DNA of 63,430 nt, counting the filler, from Rhabdomonas costata (Eukaryota), in assembly GCA_019059605.1 (NCBI GenBank). It is 40 parts of 40 records of this genome, joined end to end, with 100 filler letters (N's around TTAATTAATTAA, not from the genome) between each part and the next. Parts side by side here need not be neighbours in the genome. Positions count along the whole stretch, not along the records: positions 1 to 1,488 come from JAHMHO010014652.1; positions 1,589 to 3,078 come from JAHMHO010014653.1; positions 3,179 to 4,668 come from JAHMHO010014654.1; positions 4,769 to 6,255 come from JAHMHO010014655.1; positions 6,356 to 7,844 come from JAHMHO010014656.1; positions 7,945 to 9,433 come from JAHMHO010014657.1; positions 9,534 to 11,022 come from JAHMHO010014658.1; positions 11,123 to 12,611 come from JAHMHO010014659.1; 32 more parts are not named here. One strand, written 5' to 3'. The translations under genes were made by a program, and so were the position numbers. The notes beneath the pieces were generated by a model. That model was not told the DNA's origin, made no database searches, and worked only from the letters and a program-made list of their open reading frames with translations. Position 1 is the stretch's first letter. Every line of letters starts with the position of its first letter. This document shows, in pieces, positions 1-13,228 of the stretch.

Positions 1-1488
1 GTTGGTTTGTATCATGTCTGGCAACAAAGGGGGCAATGAGGTCTGAAGTGAAAGAACTGCTAATATTGTTGGTTTTTTAATTCTTAGAATTGTCTGAGCT
101 GGGCAGACAAAGGGGACAAAATTATTTTCATGGGCGGACGTCAGTGTGCGGTGGGTTGGGACATTGCATGGGTGATGCTCCGTTGAGCAGAGATAAACTA
201 GAGAACCGGTCACTTTTTTTTGGCGGTGTTATCTTTTGAAGCACAAGGGGGTTGGTATCTGGTTCAATAACCTCTAAATGCACTCAATTCATAGTGTGGT
301 TAGGTGTGATGCTTTTCCGCCGCTGTCTAGATGTAACTGAATAAGAGGAGTCGGGAGGGGTCATAAGAAAATATGACCTTTTAACACTGCTAAAAGATTA
401 GCGATGTTAAACATTTGAACCCAGCCACCTAAACAAAAATACAAGAGCCCCATCATGGATCAGGAGAAAGTGAGTAATCAGCTGTGCTGTTTTCGTTCAT
501 AATTCCCACACGTTACACATCGCAAAGTTGCTCAAGATGGAATGTCCCTGTCTCTGCAAACAGTTTGCCGAACCACTGGCTGAACCAGTATCTAAACGTT
601 TTAACGCCCCCCCCCCCCGAAAAAAAATTGTAGGAAGACGGGCGTCCAGGGGGGGGGAGGGAGGGGGGGTCTTGTATAGAAAAAGTACCCCGTGTTGTCA
701 TCGAACGTCCATTCCGTGGTGCTGAGGTAGAAGCTGGCAGAATTGTGTCCCTGCGTTTCCCAGTAGCTCCGCCAAGCCCCAACACGAGAAGCTCAAGCGC
801 ATCCCCTCCAATTGACTATACATAAAAACGACACCTACCCTCATGTTCTTCTTGTTCAGCCGGCAACAGGACATCCACAAAATAACCGCCTTTTTTACAC
901 GCCCTCGGGGCCGGGATGCGGCGCAAGAGAGGGAGAGAGGGATGGGATGCTGCGTGAGAGAACCAAATGCACACGGGCATGGTTTTCACTAAACCCCAAA
1001 ATAGTGCGTGTATCTTACGATGAGGGGGAAAGAGAGAAAACCAAAGATCACTGGCACACCCTGCAGGACACCAGAAAATTCGGTGCAGTTCTCATCGGCT
1101 TTGCCCGGCTTTGTCCCACCACGACCCCCAGATCAGTGCAAACAATACATGCAGAATAGAATTTCAAATCATGTTGAGAAGAAAATCGAAAGCCACCGTT
1201 GAAGCTTAGGCTCAAAAACGCCCTGAAAAGGGCCCCAAATACCCCCAAAATGCCCCAGATCTCGGCGTAGAGAACGACTCCGAGGCCAGGAACCGGTCAA
1301 CCAACTCATCTCAGCAGTACTATCACCCTACCAAATATGAGCCCCAACCCGCCACTCTAGCTCAAGTTATGAGGTCCACGTTAGGTCTCCGGCTCCGGCT
1401 CCGGCTCCGGTCCGGTCCAGGGAGTCACCTGGATGAGGTCACCCAGCCTTAACGCGTGAGATTCAAGCCTCAACCCCACTGAACCACC

Positions 1489-1588
1489 NNNNNNNNNNNN
1501 NNNNNNNNNNNNNNNNNNNNNNNNNNNNNNNNTTAATTAATTAANNNNNNNNNNNNNNNNNNNNNNNNNNNNNNNNNNNNNNNNNNNN
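1489..1588. other. Artificial contig linker N44-TTAATTAATTAA-N44 (first of 39; recurs about every 1.59 kb up to 61843-61942)
   Basis: Identical 100-nt spacer with stops in all six frames, separating unrelated contigs of near-equal length (about 1.49 kb). Confidence 0.99.
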
Positions 1589-1943
1589 TGTTGGTGTGTT
1601 TGGTGTTTTGGTGTACTATGGCCCAGCCGGCCAATAGGCAGGCCTATGGGGCCCACAAGGGGGAGAAAGGGGGTACCCGGTAGTGCCCGAGAGCCCTTGG
1701 AGACTCAACATGTGGGGAAGTCCCCCTGGCCATGGGATGAGGGCAGTATATTGTGAAAGTGATGGGCACGTTGCTTTGCTTTGCTTTGCCTCTGCTTTGT
1801 TTGCTTCATAAAAAATTTCAGCATCTCCTCCCAGGCTCGAAGAAGCATTTTCCAATGTAGGCTCAGAGCCAAAAAGACACTCTTTGTGACGAAAAAAGCA
1901 TCAAACAACAAATCACAAATCGCTGGCAAAACAGGGCACGTAC

Positions 1944-2922
1944 CGAGGACCACATGGTGGAGCACGGGCTTTGCTGTGGGCAGTCCAGGCCGGCCACCAC
2001 GGGCTGGAAGAACGCCACGTAGGCCACGTCGCCGTTTCCGTTGACCGCAGTAAACAGGCTGGCCACCCCAGTGTCCGTCCAGCCTCCGACCCAGGTCTTC
2101 AGGTAGATGCCCTGGTACCGAGCCGCCGCAGCACCTGCGAGCCAAAGGGAGAAGGTGAGAGGACTGTCGGTGTATTGGGGTGTGAATGACTCCCTGGGGT
2201 GAATGACTCCCGGTGCTAGGAGCACGCATGGAACAGGGGGGGCATGGCCACAAGCACAAAAGTAACTTTTCTCAGTAAGCTTACTTTCAAGGACAGTTTT
2301 AAGGTACGCATTGATCAGGGGGGGGCAAAACAGCCCACTAAGGCCAGTCTTTAGCATAAGATATCTGATGTTGACCCGCCAGCAGAAAAGAAATTCCCAT
2401 GCCATTCCCAAGCTAACTTTCAAAGACTAAAAAGGCCGGAAAAAAAGCAAAAAAAAAAAGCGTAAGAAAAAAAAGCGAAGAAAAAAAGGGAAAACAACGG
2501 AAGAAAGTTACAGGAAGGTGGTCTCGCAAAGACTGGTTTCTTTTCTTTTGCCGCTCGCCTGCGAACGTTCTCCCGCAGTGGTCACTGGTCAACAAGCCGC
2601 ATACCCGCCCAGGCCGCAGAGAAGTCAGGTGACAAAAGGCACAATGACGCAAGAAACGGCACGCTCTCGACACATTTGGGGTGCGAGTGCGTCTGGGGTT
2701 GCGCATCTGGGCAAGTGTAATCCAGCATTGAGATAGCGACAGTCGATACGTGATTCGAGATAAATGGGGCACGTCCACTGGACGTGCGCAGTGGACACGC
2801 GAAGGGTGAGTATATGAGAGGTTAGGGAGACAACGCACCCGTTGTGGAGCAGCTGATGCACTGCCCAGAGGAGGTGTTGCAGGTCTTACCCACCGAGCAA
2901 TTCCCACAGAGCCCACCACAAC
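1944..2922 (-). CDS. Partial Cys-rich, probably extracellular protein; exons 2922-2839 and 2134-1944
   Basis: Both exons are AG/GT bounded with matching phase 1. They read GCGGLCGNCSVGKTCNTSSGQCISCSTT then GAAAARYQGIYLKTWVGGWTDTGVASLFTAVNGNGDVAYVAFFQPVVAG, with GC3-rich codons. Confidence 0.6.
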
Positions 2923-3817
2923 CTGAATAAAACAAAATCAACTAGAAGCACATATTACGACAACGCCTCGACCCCTGCAGACGCATCGCGTGAAAGGGCA
3001 AACACCACAACAATTATTCTGCCACTGTGACCTTTGAATGCGGCATGTGGAAGAGCGGTTGTGATGATCCAAAAAAACNNNNNNNNNNNNNNNNNNNNNN
3101 NNNNNNNNNNNNNNNNNNNNNNTTAATTAATTAANNNNNNNNNNNNNNNNNNNNNNNNNNNNNNNNNNNNNNNNNNNNGTGGTGGGTGTGTTTGGGGTTG
3201 GGGTTGTGGAAGTATGGGGAGGTGATATGGGTGAGGAAAAGGAAAAGGGATAACAGAATGCTTGTTGTTGTTCAGGCGGATGTCCAAGTGTTCGGAAAAG
3301 CGAAGAAAAGAGACTTGGCGCTGCGTAGGAAGAAAAGCAGCAAAACCAGCGGAGCGGGGATGCAGAAGCAGATGAACATTTCTAATTGAAAACGACAGAT
3401 CAAGGAAACCCGTTGATGGCGACACCAAGAGGAAGTGTTGCATTGAAGCTGACAACGTTACGATGAGATGCAGACATTCGAGATACAGCATCTCAGCTTG
3501 GAGAAGTAAATCACGGGGCTCTGGGGCTCTGGCTCAGAAGATTGTCCTATCATCCCCACAGCTGTAAAGGAACCCCCCCCGCGCGAAGCCAACAAGAGAA
3601 GCTCGGAACAAAAGCACACATAGGGCCGACGGGCCCGCACGATGTACACAATGCCTCTACCACCATCCGTTGAAGTGAAGCGCTTTGTTGTACAATCGGG
3701 AGTGGGAAGAAGGGTTCCCTCTCCCCACAACTGTGTGGGGTGCTGTGCCAACTGGGTTGCCACACGAGCACACGCGTGCTCAGAGGCAATCCATGTCAAT
3801 GGGTGACTCTGCAAGCC

Positions 3818-4585
3818 TCAGCTGGCCGTCTCCATGCTGCTCGGGCCCCCACTGCCTCCGCCACAGCCATAGTTGATGTAGTCAGGCAGCTCACAGGCCC
3901 GGTACTCATCGACCAAACTTTGCACAACTTCCCTGGGGGCAACGAGGAAGGACACACGGCCCCCAACTCTTCGCGCGCATTTGTGGCGTTGGGAACACTT
4001 CACATCAGGTCACTGTGAACTGAATGCCGCCTTCTCTTTGGCTCTCTTCTCTGTGAACACTTAGAAATAGAGTTAGTTAGAAATAGCACGTTCCCGGAGG
4101 GCTCGGTGGCGACTTGTGCTGTGTTGAAACAGGCAGTAAGACGCCTTCCCCCGCTTACGCGTCGTTCCGTTTTAGGACGGAGGATGGAGAACCACACCTC
4201 CCTCCGAAGGGAAGAGCTGGGGGTGAGTTGATTCGAGGGTGCAGTAGATGCACGGTGACAACCCGGCCACGTTTATCGCCTCCTTACCCAATTCAAAATG
4301 GTTCTATCCAAAATCCCAGGGGACACGAACATCGCTATCTAACCCCACACCACCGCCACTGTAATCTCAGCTTGAGTAGCGAACACTGTGCAATTTTGAA
4401 TAACAGGGGGAACGTGGCAGGCCTATGCCCTTCTTGTGAAGTACGTATCACTGACATCACAAACACCAGAGAACACCCCTCTTCCTTCCTCTTCAGCTCC
4501 CACAACGCCAGTACTTGGAGCTGTCAAACTCGTCCAGGTTGTCCTTGAACATTTCCGTCTTGCGGTAGTTATCCAAGAAAGCAGC
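3818..4585 (-). CDS. TUBG: Gamma-tubulin, last two exons (4585-4515, 3932-3818)
   Basis: Spliced product AAFLDNYRKTEMFKDNLDEFDSSKEVVQSLVDEYRACELPDYINYG...stop matches the gamma-tubulin C-terminus; phase-2 GT-AG intron. Confidence 0.93.
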
Positions 4586-7500
4586 CTGCGGGGCGGGGAA
4601 GGGGGAAGGGTCGTCAACATGTCTTCTTCGCACATACTGAATTTACCGCATTCACTTCTTCCCCGCTANNNNNNNNNNNNNNNNNNNNNNNNNNNNNNNN
4701 NNNNNNNNNNNNTTAATTAATTAANNNNNNNNNNNNNNNNNNNNNNNNNNNNNNNNNNNNNNNNNNNNGTGTTTGTGGTCTGCGTGTGAAAGGCTGTGCG
4801 ATTACTAGCGTTTCATCTTGCCGCACTGTTTTGTGCATTGCGGTGGTTGTGCGTTGTCCATTATCTGTGGCATTGGTGAAATTCGCTGTCACACCTTTGT
4901 GGTGGCACGGAATTTTGTGCCCTCATGTTCTCCGACGGGCACCCTGCGTTGGAGCACTCTTTTGCTCAAACCTGGGTCGACCTTTTCGGTAGTTTTAGCA
5001 TCATTTTGCTATTTTTTTTTTGCTGCTGTCTTGTATTCCTTTTTTTTAGCAAAAGCCACACGAGGCGTTTTTACAGAGAAAATCACTCGCTTCACAAAAG
5101 CGAGGGATCGGCCACCGTCTTAAGAGTTCTTCACGCGAGAAATGAAGTGAATTGAACAATAGCAATGCTCCTTTCCATGGATCCATGTACCGTGGGCCTA
5201 TTCAGCGTGATTCTGAGTTCGCCTAAAAGAAAATGGCTGGGCTGTGAGTAGTAGGCCAATTAAGGAAACTGAAAAACGGAAAAAGAGCGCTGGGGAAGCA
5301 CCGGTGGGGCTTTGAACGGGAGCCACCCGGGACCCTTGTGGCACCTGCCGGCGAGGGCCTGCCCAAAGATTGGCGTGTGCTTGGGGCGATGTTCCCTGTC
5401 GTCGAGCAGTCAACCAGTCAAGCACTGCCCCACAGGTAAAGAGTTCCACAGCGCATGTTGTGAACTGTATGGCCGCAGGGACGATGGTGGTCTCCTGAGG
5501 CTGTGCAGCTGGGGCTGCACAAGGTGATGGGGGTGACGTGAAAAGAACTCGGAACGACTTTGAAGAGCTGGCAGCAGGCTTATTACAGGTGAGCTGTGCC
5601 ACCAGCGTGACAGGGTGCAAGGGCATCTTAAAAGACGAGCAGCGTTTCGTGACGGGACCAAACTTGGAAGTTGACGCTCCTCGGCGGGCGCGAACCCAGG
5701 TGAAGTATGACTGCGCGATTGAGTTTTTCTTGCTGCTGACGGTACGAACGTGGCTGCGGTTGTTGTGTTGGTTCGCGACCGAGGCCTCGTCCTACACGTG
5801 GCACACCGCAGAGCTGTGATGCGTTGGGCCAGCACCGTCCGTGTGCCTGTGTGTGGAGGAGTGGGGACCTGATGAACGCTTCGCGTTTTCCTAGACAGCA
5901 GGGTCCGTGGTAGTTGTCCTGTCAGTGACACTGCCACCTGCAGATATTTGACGCCCATCCGCCTCCTCGTGTCACTGAATCTGCTTGAAGCTGGGCGACA
6001 GGTCGGCATTTCGTACCGGGAGTCATCACAGACACAGCGCTGTGTCGGAGCACGAGGCCCCCTGACAAAAATCAGGGGTTAGTTAACAAAAAAATCAAAG
6101 AACTTTGTCGGAGGACCTTCCTCTCAACCTTGTGACGGTTTCCGCGACAGCGCCAGTATACCGTTGGCTCCCTCCTGTCGGTAGCGTTTCACCGCCCTGG
6201 CATCGAGATGCCCGTGCCAATCCCCGTGAGCGTGTCTCGGTTTATCCCACCAAAANNNNNNNNNNNNNNNNNNNNNNNNNNNNNNNNNNNNNNNNNNNNT
6301 TAATTAATTAANNNNNNNNNNNNNNNNNNNNNNNNNNNNNNNNNNNNNNNNNNNNGGAAGGAGGACCACCCGCCAAGCGGAAGCCCAGGGAGGGGCAAGG
6401 CAGGCGTTGAAGATAAGGGAAGAAAGGAAGACCCGAAGGCAGCGGCAGAGCCCAACCCCAGTGGGGCCCCCACGACAGGTAAAGGCCTGGACAGGAGGGT
6501 AAGCATCCCCACTGGCGGAGGCCAAGCGGCACCCAATGAGAGAGTGGGCGCAGTCCCACAGCTGTCAACGATGGTATTCATTTACAGGTGGCGGAAATGG
6601 AGTCAGGATGTGGAACGAGGGCCCTTCAGCCCTCCTCCTCACGACCAAAACAAAGAGCTGGCAACTTCTGCGAGTTGCATGAAAGGGACCATTGCACACA
6701 CCTGAGCTGAGCAGAGCAGAGCAGATGACAAACCAGTTTTTTTAAATCAACGCCTTGAGACAAGACATTGCGCAGAGCTAATAAAGGCAAACAAAAAAAT
6801 GAGGAACGACCAAGAACGCCTGGCCAGCTCTGAATATCCACCCAACCTCCAGGAAAAAACTTGGATGAGGCAGTGGCGCCAATGTGATCGGTTTCCGTTC
6901 GGAGTTGAGCGAGACCCAAGGAAACTTAAAGTTCAGCTCTCTGTCTCTCTCTCTCTATAAGTGCGGCAATTCGTTCCGCCAAGGCAGAATCTGCACACAG
7001 GGCGCGTGATTTCCACTGTACATCATAAACAATTCCACAAAAAGACATAATTACATGAAACACGTTCACAGGGCATGTCAGTTAAACGCTAGAGGGCGCA
7101 GCGGTGGGGATAAGTGGTCCTCTCCGGTCCACTGCACAGGCAAGCCGTCGATCTTCTCTTCCGCCTGAAAGATACAGGATGAAAACGCCTTGTGCATTAC
7201 GCGAACCATCAATGCCAGGACAATTATTCAAAACAAAAAGATTCTGGAGCGGCAAAATCCTGGAATATGGGCAACACACTTGCTCGTGCATTGTGCTCAG
7301 CAATGCGCACCACGTAGCCTGGGCAAAAGGGCAAAACGAATGGAAGTGGCGACCAAGAACAGAAGAAGAAAAATACAAAAGGCCAGCCGACATTGGTATG
7401 TCCTATTTGGATTTTTATCAGCGCGAACTAAAACTGCTGAACATCCTGAACATCCATTAATACTGTGGGGAAAGAGAGGGTAATGCCTGGGAAATCGAAG

Positions 7501-8297
7501 CACGAGGTTTTCTCAGGTGACTGCGGAGCAGCCTTTGGCACTGAGCGAACGAACGAGAGAGATGAGCTTCAAAAAAATACAAGAAAAACGGATTCAATTG
7601 AGAAACTTAAGCCTTCAAGCGGAAAAGGGGGGGGGGGCTTTCAACGAAAGCCGATGACACATGCCTTTGCTCGAACGTGCGGGCCTCATGGCGGATCCGG
7701 CGGCACCGGATTTCGGAGGAGCTATGGGAAAGCACCAAAACATTCGAATCCAGCTGAAATATCACCAAGCCAAACAAGCCACACGTGCCAGAGAAAACCA
7801 AACACGGTTTACCTGTGCCCAAATCAATGTCTTCCACCCGTAACNNNNNNNNNNNNNNNNNNNNNNNNNNNNNNNNNNNNNNNNNNNNTTAATTAATTAA
7901 NNNNNNNNNNNNNNNNNNNNNNNNNNNNNNNNNNNNNNNNNNNNGGTGGGTTTGCACGGGATGCAAGCAAAGACTAGAGCAGGCACAGCCCCTTCTCTGC
8001 TCACTTCGCGCTGTTTTATGCTGCCGTTGCTTTCCTCCGTTTCTGTGTCGAGTCAGTCAGATCCGGGCTAAATTATTTTCCATATTGCACTGTCCCGATT
8101 TTCGCTGATATGAATTAAGCAGGGTGGCGACACGGCTCAACCTTATGAAGTTTTTCTTGCCTCAATTTCGTTGTTGGCCGGAATCTTTGAGATTCTATTT
8201 GAAGTCCGAAGCAATGGCGATGAAACTGGGTGGGCCCATGACGTGCGATTGCGATTGCGATGCGATGCGATGGGGAACGGGGTGGGGGATTCTTCAG

Positions 8298-9185
8298 TAC
8301 GAGCAGGAAAAGTGGTCAAAGTGGGAGAAGGTCGTAGAGTATGACATCCTCCTCTTCCTGGGAGAAGGCGCCTTTGGCAAGGTGCATGGGCTGTGTGCCC
8401 TTCTGTATTTCATGACGTCTTTTCTTATCTTTCAAATATCTGCCCAATTTTACCGCCGCCTGCCTCCCACGTACTCCCCACCACCACTCATGATCATCTG
8501 TCATCTTCATCTGTTTTCTTCTGACAGCTAATAACTCGAGCGGGCTGAGAAATCGATAACACGGACACCCCCCCTCGCGCCAGTTCATGTTTTTAGTTTT
8601 TGTTTCCATTCTCTGTCTCGCTCTCCCCCTGCGGACGAGACTGCGCTTGTTTTCACACTGTTCAGGTTTATCGCGTGAAGCATAAGACCACAGGAATGGA
8701 GCACGCCATGAAGGTCATCGAGAAGAGTAAGCTTCGCACCTCCCAGGTCTCGCTCGCCGTAACGTCAACGGCGGACCCCCACTCCTTGCCTGCCTGTTGC
8801 AAACTGCTTCGTCCTTCTGCCGTACGAATGGACATTAGGTGTTTTCCAGAACTCAAATGGTAATTACTTCAGTTGAAAAGACCACACGTTCACCAGCCCC
8901 GGGCGGCGGTGGGACTCGATCCGAGAGATTGGGCGGAAGACTGTGTGGAGTGGAAGGTTATGTGCGGGTTCTCTTCACGCATGACAGTGCGCAAAAGAAA
9001 CGAAGAATGAAAAAAGGGAGTCGAGATTTCTGTTTGCGCGTGCGCACTTTCTTTGTAGTGCGGGTTTTGAGCGCTGGGTTTTGGCTGCAGGCCCGCGCCG
9101 CGATGCAAGGAGAGAAGCTGCTGCTGCAGACCCTCTCGCACCCCTACATTGTTAGGGTCCTCTGTTGCTTTTCCACCCCCCGCTT
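8298..9185 (+). CDS. Ser/Thr protein kinase (AGC-like) N-lobe; exons 8298-8381, 8666-8746, 9091-~9185
   Basis: LGEGAFGKV glycine loop, HAMKVIEK catalytic Lys, EKLLLQTLSHPYIV; GT-AG introns. The last donor position is uncertain. Confidence 0.9.
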
Positions 9186-9618
9186 GTATGGATGGTCACA
9201 GGTATTTGATTTACCGAAAAGTCAGTCCCCGCTTCATACGCGAAATGAGCAGTAAAGAATGGTTACCATGGTTACCATTCCGAGATTCCGGTGCTTCTCT
9301 CGGCGTATTACTCTCTGTTGGTGTTGGGATGACGCGGAGCATATCGATTGGAGCAAGGGTGTCTCCTCCCCAAAAAGCAAACCTTGGCCATTGAACGGGA
9401 AGCGGAAGGATTTTGCTCGCCGCAACACAACACNNNNNNNNNNNNNNNNNNNNNNNNNNNNNNNNNNNNNNNNNNNNTTAATTAATTAANNNNNNNNNNN
9501 NNNNNNNNNNNNNNNNNNNNNNNNNNNNNNNNNGTGGTGGGGTAATATTGGTCCGAACCCTGTTTCTCAAAAAGGTTTTCGTGTGAAGGCCGCTTTGCAG
9601 CTCTTTCCATTTCCAAAG

Positions 9619-10872
9619 GTTGGTCACATTGCGCATCTGAATCTCCGTGATGGTCATCTCGCCTTCAAGGACGTCATTGGACAAGTTCTTCTTGAGGTGT
9701 GCAGTGTCGGAGCTATCCGCTGTGCTGCGGAGTTTTGCTGCACGTTGTTTCTGTGCGATGCCTTACCCTGTTTTTTTCATTAGAATCTCTGACGATGTTT
9801 CGAAAAAAGGCCCATCGTTCCCGTATTGTATTTTGTCCATTTTTCTATGGATGTGGAATACTTGTTTTGAAGAGTAAGCGAAGCAGAGCAAAAAGCAGAT
9901 GAATGACGGGGGTGCAACTCATCCAAATTCGCACGGACGTGGCGTTATGGTGTTTCCTGTCAGTCCCGAGAATGGTACGACACCGGAAAGGGCCCCTCGT
10001 CTTTCTTGTGCTCTCAGAAGACTCCCACCCTGCGCACGGTGGTCAACAAGACCACCGCTGTGGAGGGCCAGTTCCGCGAGCTTCCAATGGAGCTGTTGGC
10101 CGGCGAGGACGACTTTGACGTTGAAGTGGTGCACTGGGGCGTGAGGGGGGGGTTATGTGCTCGTCGGGAGATGCACTCCACTGCTTCTAGCGAATTTGTG
10201 GACAGTTCCGAGTCTCGCTCTCGAGCTTTGTGCTGAAGCAGCGCCCGTCTTTTCGCTGAACTTTTTCACTGGCGACTGACTCGGAAGTGTGGGTGTGTTT
10301 GGGTTTGTGTGTGTATGTGCGCGCGCGGAAGGGACTTTCGAGCGCCGGACAAAACTATTGACCAGTTGGCGCATTGAGTTCCAAAATTCGGGTGATGGAA
10401 CTTGCTAGCTTGCCGATTTGAATACTACCACCCCACAACACCTCACTGTGCACAGAGCGCACCGTGCATGAATATCGGTATGAACTCCAGTGAACGTGTC
10501 GTTTTTTGTGTGGGGGGTCTTCTTTTCGCAGAAGCAGCACGGCTGCGTGTTCCGGTTCAACTACAGGCAAGTGTACTGGAACTCTCGCCTGCAGACAGAG
10601 CACCAGCGGCTGATCTCCACGCTGGCACCAGAGGATTACCTGCGTATGCGGAGCTTTCTCACATTCTGTCCCTTTCTGCCTCATTACTCTTCCCGGTTGT
10701 TGACTGCAAATATCAGAGGTATTGACTTCGTTCACTTTTTGCAGATGACGTGATGGCCGGGGTGGGGCCCTTTGCCATTCCCGCAGCGAAGAAGGGCTTG
10801 CGAGTGGTCAACGCAAACGACCTCAACCCGCACTGCTTTGCCGCGCTCCAAACCAACGCAAAGCTGAACAAG
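9619..10872 (+). CDS. TRM5: tRNA (guanine37-N1)-methyltransferase Trm5, partial; exons 9619-9696, 10018-10128, 10532-10643, 10745-10872
   Basis: [47 protein letters not shown] and ANDLNP motifs; in-phase GT-AG introns. Confidence 0.95.
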
Positions 10873-11517
10873 GTCCCGCCGTGGAGATGCCCCCTATAGC
10901 TCGCCTCCCACTTCCTTGCTCGCCTCTGCCATAGGCCACTGGGCGCCTCAAATTTCCACGCAGTTCCCATCAGTCCTCCTCAACTGCGGGTGGCGACCCC
11001 CACGCGTTCCTGAACCAACACANNNNNNNNNNNNNNNNNNNNNNNNNNNNNNNNNNNNNNNNNNNNTTAATTAATTAANNNNNNNNNNNNNNNNNNNNNN
11101 NNNNNNNNNNNNNNNNNNNNNNGGTGGTGTTTGTAACGCTGGTGTACTGTTCACTGAACTGTGGTGACGCAGTGCGGTGCAAGGAAAGGTTCAAAAATAT
11201 ACCTTACATTCCTTCAATTTTCATATGGGCTCATGCAGATGCAGGCATCACAGAAATTAGCAGTGCTTTGCATATCAAGGGGCGGAGCTCGGAAGTACTG
11301 CACTCCGGCATCAGAGTGGGCTGGAACACCTCAGGTTTACAGCTTCCCTGGAGGCCTTTACGTCCCTTTGAGCTGGACTGCCGGGTGCTGCCCTAAAAAA
11401 TGACGAATTCATGAAGGTGGCCGCTCAGGCATCGCCCCCAAGTGTGCCAACCATGATTTGGCGTGTTTGCGCGTGTGAGCGTGGCGGTCTCTCTGTGTGT
11501 GTGGGGGGGGGTTGAAC

Positions 11518-12346
11518 ATAAGGAGCCAGGGAAAGAGCCTGTTCCAGGCTGTTTAGGTCAAGGCCAGAACTGGTGATCAGCCTGTAAGTAGCGTTCGTTG
11601 CTTTTTGTACAGATGCGAGGTCATCCACGAGGATCGTGACAAACTGTGAAAAAGCCCGAGGAAAGGAGAGGGAATGGGAATGGGGAGCCGCAGTAGTCCT
11701 GGGAATTTAATGTGATAACGGGATAACGGCAAACCGCACGCTCCTTCGAAGGCACATCTAATTTAGAAGCGAAGAATTTGCTTTTGAATGCAGCCCATCT
11801 CACCTCAGCACATCTAGTTGGATATGCTTGTATTCTTTTGACAGCCACCCTCCCGAATACCTGTTAGGAGGGTCGCCCTCACATTTCTTCAAATTTTCTT
11901 GAACCAATTGCAGAATCTTCCAACCAAGAAAGGGTTAAAAACAGTGTGAGTAGGCATCCGAATGAAATCGATACCTGAGCGAGGTTTCGGCTGAGCAGTT
12001 CCGCACTCATCGCCAGGACTTGCTCCTGAGAGGCCCCAAACGTGGTCATCATGGAGCTTGTCGACAGCCCCACCGTACCCTGCAGCGCCACCAGCGCCTG
12101 CTGGGTAAGCTCCCCAGTTATCGAATTGGTTCTATTGGAGAGGTCTTGCATTGTGTTGACCGAGGAGTTCTTCATATCCGCAAGGGCGCTATCGCAGTAC
12201 CCATGAATGACAATCACAACGGCACCCGTGGCGAGGACAAGGACGCCCACAAAGAAGACCAGCGTGCAGAGGCGGATTGAAATCATCCTCCATGCCAAGG
12301 AGTTCCGGCCAGGGGATTCGAAGGAGGTCACTCGATAGGCCTCCAT
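11518..12346 (-). CDS. Membrane protein N-terminus (one TM helix plus helical ectodomain); exons 12346-11975, 11643-11518
   Basis: ATG start, hydrophobic segment LCTLVFFVGVLVLATGAVVIVI, phase-0 GT-AG intron. A receptor or cyclase role is only a guess. Confidence 0.65.
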
Positions 12347-13228
12347 TTCCCAGAACACACAAGAGAGATGGAACCGGCCCAAAAAAAATACTAGAATCAG
12401 CTGGCTTCTTGAAGCGCAGGAAGGGTGAAAACTAGCGAATACGTTTAAGATGGTGTACACAAAGAATGTAAACATCGAACGCCTGAGGCGAGCGGCGGCG
12501 GGGTGAGGGAAGTGGTGGTTGGAGACAGCCAAGGTGGCATTTGTTGAAAAGGCGCACGGTGTGGCGCAGCACCAGGCATGAGAGGTATCCGGCTGTCTCC
12601 AACCACCCCACNNNNNNNNNNNNNNNNNNNNNNNNNNNNNNNNNNNNNNNNNNNNTTAATTAATTAANNNNNNNNNNNNNNNNNNNNNNNNNNNNNNNNN
12701 NNNNNNNNNNNGGGGGGGGGGATTTTTCCACCATGCTCCCTGAAAAATTGCTTGCACTGTTTTGAACCCTGAGGCGGCCGCTAGTTCACTGGTGGAAGCT
12801 AGAGACGCATTGTGGTGGGCTTCTCTTCCTGTGGACAGTGGCTCTCGGTGTGTGTGAGCTGGTGACCCTTTCAATAGAGAAAAGAACCTTACAAATTCCT
12901 CGTGCGAGGTGTGTGTGTGTGTGTGTGTGTTGTGAGCCTTCGCGACATAATCTCATCTTTCAGGGGTGCACCTCAACATGCGTTTTGAAATCAAACGTCA
13001 TATTCAAAAAGAAATGCAGCGTTTTCTGCACTGTACTACGTGTTGTTCAGTCCACAACCCATTCCAAAAGAAGCACGTCAAAACGAACAAGCAAAAGTCA
13101 TGGCACACCCACAGCTGAGACATGCCACTGTGGGTAATAGCAGGCAAAGGCACAGGCAAGGAGGAGTCCCGAAAGGATGTGGGGGGGGGGCACAAGATGG
13201 TTGCCAGTCCAAAATGGTCACCGTTGAC

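Noticed and set aside
245..260. GGGGTTGGTA resembling the kinetoplast minicircle universal sequence
   Set aside because: Partial match only, and not conserved in the second copy of the same repeat.
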